The notes below the pieces were generated by a model. It worked only from the letters and a program-made list of their open reading frames with translations. It was not told the origin of the DNA and searched no databases. A stretch of DNA of 64,000 nucleotides from Candidatus Saccharimonadales bacterium (GTDB lineage Bacteria; Patescibacteriota; Saccharimonadia; Saccharimonadales; 2-12-FULL-41-12): NCBI GenBank assembly GCA_041600715.1, contig JBFIJM010000001.1, positions 673,701 to 737,700 of the forward strand, read 5' to 3'. Numbering within the stretch: position 1 is the stretch's first letter; every line of letters begins with the position of its first letter. The translations under genes and the position numbers were made by a program. Positions 34,002-42,031 of this stretch are shown piece by piece.

Positions 34002-34781
34002 TTAGGAACGAAGCTTGTAGCCACTATTAAACAGTCGATAGTTTAGTATAAATAGCCCTATAGAGAAGCCGGCAATGATGCTTAATGATATCGCAGGGTT
34101 AACATCTGCCGTGCCTAGCATTGAGTATCTGACAGTGTTGATCATGTAATAGATCGGATTAAACTGGGTAAGTGTCGCGAATACTGGTGGCAAAAGTGAA
34201 ACAGAATAGAATACACCACCTAAGAAGATGAGGGGTTGTAGTATAAATGTCTGGTACAGACTCAGGTCATCAAACTTTTCTGAACGTAGACCAACTAAGA
34301 CTCCAAGCATTGCGAAGAACGCACCAATAAGCAAGAAACTGAGTAAAAACATTAAAGGGTGAGCCATGGGCAAATCGCGTACAAGCAATAATGCTGTTAC
34401 ATAAGCTATTGATGTGATGATGCTTGCTCTGATGAAACCGCCTAGACCAAAAGCCACTAGTAATTGCACGTTAGAAACAGGGGAAGATAGTTGGTCGTCT
34501 ATCGAGCGTTGCAGTTTTTGTTGCATTAGTGATGAGGCATTGTTAGAAAAAATATTCATAGCAAAACTCATCATCAGTAATCCGGGAATTATAAATACAA
34601 TATATCTAACACCGTCTAGCTCGCTGATACGACTACCTAGTGCAGCGCCAAAGATACTGATGTATAAGTATGTTTCTAGGAGTGGCCCAAGAATAGTTTG
34701 TCGTTTTATCCCCCAAAAACGGGTAAGTTCACGGCGTAAAACGCTCCAGAACCCTAGCCATGATGTGCGTCGGTCAATCAT
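34002..34781 (-). CDS. ABC-2 type transporter permease
   Basis: Six hydrophobic segments and 259 aa. A 4-nt overlap couples it translationally to the upstream ATPase. Confidence 0.8.
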   Translation of the reverse strand: MIDRRTSWLGFWSVLRRELTRFWGIKRQTILGPLLETYLYISIFGAALGSRISELDGVRYIVFIIPGLLMMSFAMNIFSNNASSLMQQKLQRSIDDQLSSPVSNVQLLVAFGLGGFIRASIITSIAYVTALLLVRDLPMAHPLMFLLSFLLIGAFFAMLGVLVGLRSEKFDDLSLYQTFILQPLIFLGGVFYSVSLLPPVFATLTQFNPIYYMINTVRYSMLGTADVNPAISLSIIAGFSIGLFILNYRLFNSGYKLRS

Positions 34782-35530
34782 AATATGCTCCTCGTAAGCT
34801 CTTCACGACCTATTAATTGCAGATATACATCCTCAAGAGATTTCTTTTTATAGTGTTTTTTAAGATCTGCAGTCGTACCGGTTTTAATGATTTTGCCCTG
34901 ATTAATTAATGCTATTTGATCGCATAATTCTTCAGCTTCCTCTATATAATGTGTGGTCAAAAGAATCGTAGTGCCTTCTTTGTTTATCTTTTTCATATAT
35001 TTCCAGAGTTCTAGGCGGAGCTCTACGTCAACTCCGGCGGTTGGTTCATCCAGGATAACCATTTTTGGTCGATGCATTAATGCACGAGCCAATACAACGC
35101 GTCTTTTCATACCCCCAGAAAGCATCATAGATTTTGCGTTTCGTTTATCTTTTAGTGAAAATGCCTCTAGCAGTTCTTCTATTCTTTCTTGTCGATCTTT
35201 CTTTGGCATCCCAAAGTATCCACCATGAAAATCCAGAGTTTGTTCTACAGTCAAAAACCAATCGAGGTTAATGTCTTGCGGGGCTAACCCCACCTTTGCG
35301 CGCACCTCTCTGTAATTAGTGACAATATTATCCCCAAAAACTGTACCCTCGCCACCTGTAGGTACTGCTAGCCCAGTGATGCAGTGGATTAAAGTCGATT
35401 TACCAGCACCGTTTGGCCCAAGAAGACCAAAAAATGAACCAGCGGGTATTTGAAAGTCTATCCCTTGCAGTGCCTTTGTGCCAGAAGGGTAAGTTTTTTT
35501 AAGTTTCTTTACGTTTAATGCATTATTCAT
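34778..35530 (-). CDS. ABC transporter ATP-binding protein
   Basis: Walker A (GPNGAGKST), signature (LSGGMKRR) and Walker B (MVILDEPTAGVD). Confidence 0.9.
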   Translation of the reverse strand: MNNALNVKKLKKTYPSGTKALQGIDFQIPAGSFFGLLGPNGAGKSTLIHCITGLAVPTGGEGTVFGDNIVTNYREVRAKVGLAPQDINLDWFLTVEQTLDFHGGYFGMPKKDRQERIEELLEAFSLKDKRNAKSMMLSGGMKRRVVLARALMHRPKMVILDEPTAGVDVELRLELWKYMKKINKEGTTILLTTHYIEEAEELCDQIALINQGKIIKTGTTADLKKHYKKKSLEDVYLQLIGREELTRSIL

Positions 35531-35605
35531 AAGTAACAGGGTAGCTGAGAATACTTGATGATGTCAAGTATTTTATGAGCCAGGATACACGCTATAATAG
35601 ACCCA

Positions 35606-37303
35606 ATGAGATTTTTTAGGATGCCAGCAAGGGGGAAGGAGTGGATGAACTCTGTTTTTGCTTGGGTGCGAAAACACAAAAAGGCAATCATTGCTGGGCT
35701 CTTTGCTATCGTCATTATTCAACTGCTCTATCCTAGCGGTTATACTCGTCCGTTAGTATTCTCTGAGGGTAAGTATCTGGGACTTAGAAGTATGCAGACA
35801 ATGAACGGACACTATAAATACGCTCTGAGTAGAGACGTATCTGTTGTGCTTGGAGATGAAAGAAAGAGCCAAAAAATAACAGATTATGGCCTGGGCCTTG
35901 ATGAAAGTAAGCTTAAATCCTCAGTCCAATCACCATTATGGCAACGAGTTATACCCCTGTCGCTTTTTGTACCGATAAACATTGATACAGATGATTGGCA
36001 ATCGATAGATCATGGGAGGCAAGACGAGATGATAAAAACTCTTGCGGAGTCATATCATCAAACTGCTCAGAGTGCAGGAGTCGCAAAGAATGAAGAAGGT
36101 GTATTTGTATTGAACGAGTCAAAATCTGGGCGAGAAATCATTAATAACGAGTTCAAAAAACAGTTATCTGAGTTCTCAGTTGAAAATGATGAAACCATAC
36201 GAGTACCAACACGCACTATAGATCCAGTTATTACCAATGAGATGGTACAGCAAGTGATCGATAAAACTAAGCCAGAAAACTTGCAGAAAATTACATTTGC
36301 TGTAGAGAAAAAGAACTATGTGATTGATGAGGAAACAATTTCTGAATGGTTGACTATCGTTATTAATGAAGAAGAAAAACGTGTTAGCTTAGAATTTGAC
36401 CAGCAGTCTGCTAGTGATTGGTTTGATAAAACAATTGGATCCGTCAACACTGGTATTCCTAGCGTTGTGACAATTCGTGACGGTGCTGAAGAGTCGAGGA
36501 CACCAGGTACACCAGGACGAGGCGTAGATAAAACTCGAGCCCTTAATGATATTAAGCAGGCCGTGATTGATAAACAATCTCAAGTCAAGGGCGAGGTAGT
36601 GCAACTTCCTGTAGCTATTCAGACAAACCGTTCATACTCGGCAACACAATCAGGTTTTAGAATCATGTTTGATGAATGGGCAAAAGAATATCCTGGGATG
36701 GAGAGCTCGGTTTATATAAAAGAGCTTTCAGGACGAGGATTGTCTGCTGAGCGTGGCAGTGGGTCGGCAAAATATGTGGCGTCCGTGGCAAAGTTATTCA
36801 TCGCACATTATTTACTTGCAAATATTAATGATCTGAACCAACAAGCCTATGAAGGTCGCTCATACTCTGACTGCATAGAAGCGATGATCCGTGTTTCGGA
36901 TAATACTTGTGCCGAGCAAATTCGATCATCTCTAGGCGTTAACACAATTAATGGTTATGTCAGGAATCAAGGGTTTGGATCAGTGAATGTGGGCGAATAC
37001 GTAGCATCAGCAAGCGACATAGGATCGTTTCTAGAACGATTAAATAATGGCTCGCTACTAGATCCAGCAAAGTCCGCCAGAATTATGAACCCAATGAGTA
37101 ATCAGATCTATCGGTCTGGAATACCGGCTGGTTCTTTTGGTTCCCCGGTTGCAGACAAACCTGGATTTTATGGGGATGTCTGGACAGATGCCGGAATTGT
37201 GCAATCTCCATCCTCGACGTATGTGCTAGTAATTCTCACAAAAGGTGGGGGTTCTGGTGCTGTAAAAACGTTAGCTCAACGAGTACATCAAACACTTAAT
37301 TAA
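35606..37303 (+). CDS. membrane-anchored protein with a C-terminal class-A beta-lactamase-like serine hydrolase domain
   Basis: One TM helix, a middle region resembling YoaR/VanW-type peptidoglycan-binding repeats (weak), and a C-terminal domain with SVAK (SxxK), SDN and KPG motifs. The ATG at 35606 lies 7 nt after TATAAT (35593-35598). An alternative ATG at 35644 has a GGAAGGAG RBS. Confidence 0.65.
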   Translation: MRFFRMPARGKEWMNSVFAWVRKHKKAIIAGLFAIVIIQLLYPSGYTRPLVFSEGKYLGLRSMQTMNGHYKYALSRDVSVVLGDERKSQKITDYGLGLDESKLKSSVQSPLWQRVIPLSLFVPINIDTDDWQSIDHGRQDEMIKTLAESYHQTAQSAGVAKNEEGVFVLNESKSGREIINNEFKKQLSEFSVENDETIRVPTRTIDPVITNEMVQQVIDKTKPENLQKITFAVEKKNYVIDEETISEWLTIVINEEEKRVSLEFDQQSASDWFDKTIGSVNTGIPSVVTIRDGAEESRTPGTPGRGVDKTRALNDIKQAVIDKQSQVKGEVVQLPVAIQTNRSYSATQSGFRIMFDEWAKEYPGMESSVYIKELSGRGLSAERGSGSAKYVASVAKLFIAHYLLANINDLNQQAYEGRSYSDCIEAMIRVSDNTCAEQIRSSLGVNTINGYVRNQGFGSVNVGEYVASASDIGSFLERLNNGSLLDPAKSARIMNPMSNQIYRSGIPAGSFGSPVADKPGFYGDVWTDAGIVQSPSSTYVLVILTKGGGSGAVKTLAQRVHQTLN

Positions 37304-38383
37304 CTACACGTTAAAACGGAATTCAACTACATCATTAGGTCCCATGATGTAGTCTTTGCCCTCGGTTCGCATCTTGCCGGCTCCTTTGGCGGATGATTCT
37401 GAACCGGCTTCTATGAGGTCGTAGTAGTCAACCACTTGCGCCGCGATAAATCCACGTTCAAAATCTCCGTGTATTACTCCCGCCGCCTGAGGAGCTGTGG
37501 AACCTTTTTTGATTGTCCAGGCCCGTACTTCTTTTGGCCCGGCAGTTAAGTAGCTTTGTAGTCCCAACGTGTCATAGGAGGCGTGTATTAATTGCAGTAA
37601 TCCTGACTCTTTAACCCCGTAACTCTCTAGTAATTCAGAAGCGTCAGACTCGTCTAGGCCCTGTAGTTCGCTTTCTAGCTTGGCGCAAACAAATAGCGTT
37701 TGAGCATTACCAACAAGAGCACTTAGCTCGTTCTTTCGTGCTTCGTTTGACAGAGTTTCCTCGTCTACATTAAACAAATAAATCATCGGCTTTGCTGTGA
37801 TAAGTTGCAAGTTAGCTATGAGTTCTAGATCAATATCGGCAGAGGCATGAGCAATAGGTGTACCCTCATCTAATATCGCTTTAACTTTGTGCAGTGTATC
37901 AACAATAGGCTTCAGTTTAGGGTTAGCACGAGCCTCTTTTTCGACTCTTGGCAATCGCTTATCTACAGTTTGGATGTCTGCCAGAACCAGCTCGGTATTG
38001 ATAACACCCATATCCTTCGCAGGGTCTACCTCATTGTCGACATGTACCACGTTGTCATCAGAGAAGGACCTTACGACCTGGCAGATGGCATTACAGGTGC
38101 GAATATGGCTCAAGAACTGATTACCCAGTCCTTCGCCCTTGCTTGCTCCAGCAACAAGACCTGCAACGTCTACAAAGGTTACACTAGCCGGGATGATCTT
38201 TTGGCTACCATATAGGTCAGCCAGTTTACTAAGTCGTGGGTCTGGGACAGGCACGATTCCAGTGTTAGGTTCGATAGTCGCAAAAGGGTAGTTCGCAGCC
38301 AGGATATTATTGTTAGTGAGTGCGTTAAATAAGGTAGACTTACCGACATTCGGAAGTCCAACAATAGCGATTGATAATGACAT
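37304..38383 (-). CDS. ychF: redox-regulated ATPase YchF
   Basis: IVGLPNVGKSTLFNALT, the OLA1/YchF G-domain and the C-terminal TGS-like end VVEFRFNV. Confidence 0.95.
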   Translation of the reverse strand: MSLSIAIVGLPNVGKSTLFNALTNNNILAANYPFATIEPNTGIVPVPDPRLSKLADLYGSQKIIPASVTFVDVAGLVAGASKGEGLGNQFLSHIRTCNAICQVVRSFSDDNVVHVDNEVDPAKDMGVINTELVLADIQTVDKRLPRVEKEARANPKLKPIVDTLHKVKAILDEGTPIAHASADIDLELIANLQLITAKPMIYLFNVDEETLSNEARKNELSALVGNAQTLFVCAKLESELQGLDESDASELLESYGVKESGLLQLIHASYDTLGLQSYLTAGPKEVRAWTIKKGSTAPQAAGVIHGDFERGFIAAQVVDYYDLIEAGSESSAKGAGKMRTEGKDYIMGPNDVVEFRFNV

Positions 38384-38407
38384 GATCAGTAGTATAACAG
38401 AGGTAGC

Positions 38408-39376
38408 CTACAATTTATAGGTGATTAGTTGGTTTAGTGCTTGTTCTATACGAGGGAAGTCTAGTAGATTACCTGACCAGGCGAAATAAACAGGTTTCCA
38501 CTCAGGGTCAAACTTATTTTTAAACTGTTCTAACCCGGCATAATCAAACCACGGCGCATGAAGAGCATGAAGAATCTTTACTGCATGTTCTGGGATATTA
38601 TTTGGGTGATCGATATGAGAGAAAGGGGCGAGACCTAAATCAAAATGCTTTTGCCCGATACTTGCCAGATATTCGATCAGTTCCAAGAATAAATAATCCA
38701 TAACTTGATGAGACGCATTAGTTTTATGACGCATCAGATCGATCGTAACGTCTAGATCTGGCCGATACACAGGAACAATATTAACGAATGCTTCTATATG
38801 TCCGGACTGATTCTTTACTGCAAAAATTCGACAATCTTGAAGATAGCTATCGTCAAAATAACCTAGCAAAAAAGTCCGCTCTTCACGTCCAGGGAGACTT
38901 AGCCAAGAGTCCGAAACTGCCCGAAGCTCGTTTAATAATTCTGGGCTGTGGGGTGGCTCAAAAAACTCACTAGAATAGCTGTTTTTATTGAATCTATTAC
39001 GCACGTTTCTAAAGTTTTTGCTATGCAGGGTAGACTGTACACATTTTTGTACATCAATTATAGCAGTGGCACCAATTTGCATAACCTCTAAGGAGTTAGA
39101 GGTATATATTCCAGTGCTTGATTCTGGGATATCACAGGCTACAACTAGCTTTTTATCTAAATGAGATTGACTCATAAATGTGTTCAACAAGTTTATGCGG
39201 GAGGGCATATCGTTGCAAATAGGGTCGGCCACAATGACTCGAACATCATGCGCTTCGCCATAAGCAATTATGCCTGACTCATCGTCGAAGTATTGTTTAG
39301 CAGGCCAAGACTTAAAGTAGTCTTCGCTATTGTTACTAAATTTACTAAGATATGTTTTTATTTGAGATTCTGCCAC
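38408..39376 (-). CDS. stand-alone DUF2156 / aminoacyl-phosphatidylglycerol synthase (MprF C-terminal)-like protein
   Basis: VSDSWLSLPGREERTFLLGYFDDSYLQDCRIFAVKNQSGHIEAFVNIVP matches the MprF synthase-domain pattern (SDxWL...E+xFSLGxF...YL). No TM or flippase domain is present. Confidence 0.7.
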   Translation of the reverse strand: MAESQIKTYLSKFSNNSEDYFKSWPAKQYFDDESGIIAYGEAHDVRVIVADPICNDMPSRINLLNTFMSQSHLDKKLVVACDIPESSTGIYTSNSLEVMQIGATAIIDVQKCVQSTLHSKNFRNVRNRFNKNSYSSEFFEPPHSPELLNELRAVSDSWLSLPGREERTFLLGYFDDSYLQDCRIFAVKNQSGHIEAFVNIVPVYRPDLDVTIDLMRHKTNASHQVMDYLFLELIEYLASIGQKHFDLGLAPFSHIDHPNNIPEHAVKILHALHAPWFDYAGLEQFKNKFDPEWKPVYFAWSGNLLDFPRIEQALNQLITYKL

Positions 39377-39398
39377 GTCTCAAGTATAGCAAGTGTGT

Positions 39399-41366
39399 TT
39401 AAAAACCAGTTTTGTAACTGATGGTCTTGCCGGCTCTCGCTTTGGTAGAAATAGTTGTGCTAGCAAGACGATGTGTATAAGCCGAGCTATAGGTTCGATT
39501 ATCTTTAGAGATCCGTACGGGGTTATTTAGGCTGTATCGCTGTACTGTGCCATCAGGTTCTGTGATGCGGACAGTCCGACCTTTCTGAAGTATCTTTGAG
39601 CCTTTTTCGTACCAGAGTTGAAATCGATATGTTGTGGTTTTTGGAGCTCTAAATCGCATCTCTATCTGCTTATCTCCTTTTTGTTGAAACGTCCACTTGG
39701 TCTTAGTGCCTTTTATCGCTGACTTGTTAGGTGTTGATGTCCAGCCTCCATTAACGCTAACTTTGCCTTTACCGTCGGCTTTTATGTCTCCTGCGGTAGG
39801 GACAAGTTTTCGCCCACCCTGGATCATCGAAAGAGAGCCATTTAAACGTGTTTTTGTAAGAGGACGTTCAGGTAGTACTGACTTCCATTGACCGCCCTTT
39901 AGACGCTTTTGTACTGCTACTAAACCAAAGTCGTAACGGAGATCTGTGTGTGTTCTGCCAGCATGGACAGCCCACCATAAGTTGCCACGCTTTGTGCTTG
40001 CAAATTGGGTATGAGTTGGGTCTACGAAAGAGCCGTTTGTATCAGGTCCGATGTTTTTTAAGGGGGTAGGAGGTATAGAACTAAGGGTTTTTGCTGTATG
40101 ACGCAGGGCCTCCAAGGCCAATCCGTTATATGAGGTTGTACTAGCGTAACTGTCTATGCCCTTAGTACTGTTTTGATTACCAGTAAGATGCTTTGGAACC
40201 ACAGGCATGCCCCATGTTCCAGGCGTATGTTTGGTCTGGATTCTCTGGATAGAAAGAGCAACTCCTTTTAGATAGCGTCCTCGCCATTCCTTATTTGTTG
40301 TGTGCTTAGCAGCTATAGCAAGTGCATTTGCAGTCGCAGCGGGCACCCAAACTTGGCCTTGGCCTCGTCCAATGTAGGATGTATCTCCGTCTGGAGCAAT
40401 TAGCCCTGTTAGTGCACGGGCGTTTTTTTGTAGAGTTTGTGTGACTGCTTGTGGCGTTTTATTAGGCCCCAGATCTTCTGCTACACGTCCAAGAAGCATT
40501 GCCGATAAGGCATGGTAGGCTAACGGATTTCTACTCGGGTCGCTTAAGATGCCCGCGCCACTGAAAGATAAGTTGCCACCTGTGCGTTTGGCATTGGCAC
40601 TGCTATTTTGTTTTGCCTGAACAAGCAAGCTTCGAGACTCAGAACTAAGTTGTGTAGCAGGGACTTTAGAGGCTGTAGCATCTTGTCTGACTCCACTTTG
40701 AGCTAACGATATATTCGCAAATGCTTTGACTAATTTTAAGTTTGACCAGCAACCACTATTGGTAAAACATTTTTCGACACTATTGCCTTTGGACTTGCCA
40801 ACCTTTAAATCAGACCGTGCATTTAGAAACTTAGCAATCCTTGGTTGTGCAGACTGCCAATTAGGATAATCTGCTAAGTTTTCTTCATTCCATTTGTAGG
40901 CATGTGACATCCCGAACACCTCAAATCCTATATTGAACCCATTACTGTCTGGATGTTTGGTCTGAGCTACCTGAGATAAAATACCTGAGTTTAATAATCC
41001 AGCGTCTCCAGTTCGAACGCCTGTTTCGATCATAGCTTGACCGATCATTGGAGCCCCGTATGCGACAACAGTCCCTTGTGCAGGATCAACAAAGCGCCCA
41101 TCTGGTAGTTGATGTGAGCGCCAAGATGATGCAGTGGTAGATACTATTTGATCAATGTCGTTTACCAATGTGGCAGGCGTAGTATCGGGGCTGATTGAGG
41201 TTTGGGCATTAGCCTTTTCGGTATTAATATTTGCCCCAAACGCAATAGCGCCTACTGCGAGCAGACTACCAAGGTTACGAAGACTTCTATTATTGAATGT
41301 TTGGGCATCATGAGCAGGGGAATGTTCTGGCGTGTGGTTTGACTGTGGAGTATGTATGTGGCTCAT
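39399..41366 (-). CDS. secreted hypothetical protein (655 aa)
   Basis: His/Pro-rich leader followed by a signal-peptide-like segment (LGSLLAVGAIAFGANINTEKANA). The N-terminal half is large and helix-rich, and the C-terminal third is beta-rich. No family could be assigned by eye. Confidence 0.6.
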   Translation of the reverse strand: MSHIHTPQSNHTPEHSPAHDAQTFNNRSLRNLGSLLAVGAIAFGANINTEKANAQTSISPDTTPATLVNDIDQIVSTTASSWRSHQLPDGRFVDPAQGTVVAYGAPMIGQAMIETGVRTGDAGLLNSGILSQVAQTKHPDSNGFNIGFEVFGMSHAYKWNEENLADYPNWQSAQPRIAKFLNARSDLKVGKSKGNSVEKCFTNSGCWSNLKLVKAFANISLAQSGVRQDATASKVPATQLSSESRSLLVQAKQNSSANAKRTGGNLSFSGAGILSDPSRNPLAYHALSAMLLGRVAEDLGPNKTPQAVTQTLQKNARALTGLIAPDGDTSYIGRGQGQVWVPAATANALAIAAKHTTNKEWRGRYLKGVALSIQRIQTKHTPGTWGMPVVPKHLTGNQNSTKGIDSYASTTSYNGLALEALRHTAKTLSSIPPTPLKNIGPDTNGSFVDPTHTQFASTKRGNLWWAVHAGRTHTDLRYDFGLVAVQKRLKGGQWKSVLPERPLTKTRLNGSLSMIQGGRKLVPTAGDIKADGKGKVSVNGGWTSTPNKSAIKGTKTKWTFQQKGDKQIEMRFRAPKTTTYRFQLWYEKGSKILQKGRTVRITEPDGTVQRYSLNNPVRISKDNRTYSSAYTHRLASTTISTKARAGKTISYKTGF

Positions 41367-41518
41367 GATTATGCCAACTTATGTGGGGCATTATTGAACT
41401 GTTTTATAATACCACAAGAACTATGAAAAGGCAAGTGATTTTGCTCACTCACTTCACCTTGCAATAAGATAACCACTAGCTATATACTTATATACATTAA
41501 TTCGAGCAAACTAATCAT

Positions 41519-42031
41519 ATGAAATTGCCAAAGCTTAAAGTACAAAAACCAAATCTAGGTATCAATAAAAAAATCTTGTTAATTTTAGGAGCATCCGTCT
41601 TATTAGTTGCTATTGTCACGTTTATTTATTTTAAAAACGACTCCAACAATAATAAGAAGTTGATTGATGGTTGCGCGGATAGACTCAATAACTCAAAGCA
41701 ATTGTTTGAAGAGAAAAAATACAAAGAGTCGTATGATAGTCTAAGGAAACAGGAATCTTGCAAGGATCTACAACAAAAAAATATTAGCGCAGAACTAAGC
41801 TCGAGCGCTTTAAAAACGAGCATAGATTATAGTGCGCATCTCGCAAAAAGTGCCGCCCTCAGTGATAACAAGGAAGAAGCTGAAAATTCGGCCCGCGAAA
41901 CTCTCGATAAAGTGAGAGAATCTTCGAAGAATGGTTACGAATTCGATCAAAGTGAACTCAGTATCGTAATCCAAATGTCAGACATAGAGAGTGGATATTA
42001 TAAGAGAGATTCAGAAAGAAAAAGCCAATGA
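41519..42031 (+). CDS. hypothetical N-terminally anchored helical protein (170 aa)
   Basis: TM helix ILLILGASVLLVAIVTFIYF. ATGA overlap couples it translationally to the 1110-aa ORF. Confidence 0.55.
   Translation: MKLPKLKVQKPNLGINKKILLILGASVLLVAIVTFIYFKNDSNNNKKLIDGCADRLNNSKQLFEEKKYKESYDSLRKQESCKDLQQKNISAELSSSALKTSIDYSAHLAKSAALSDNKEEAENSARETLDKVRESSKNGYEFDQSELSIVIQMSDIESGYYKRDSERKSQ

Noticed and set aside
39399-41366. Calling the 655-aa secreted protein a heparinase II/III-type polysaccharide lyase.
   Set aside because: Only a vague helix-rich plus beta-rich layout and one His-containing stretch (AVHAGRTHTDLRYDFG) support it. No diagnostic motif was verified, so the protein is left as hypothetical.
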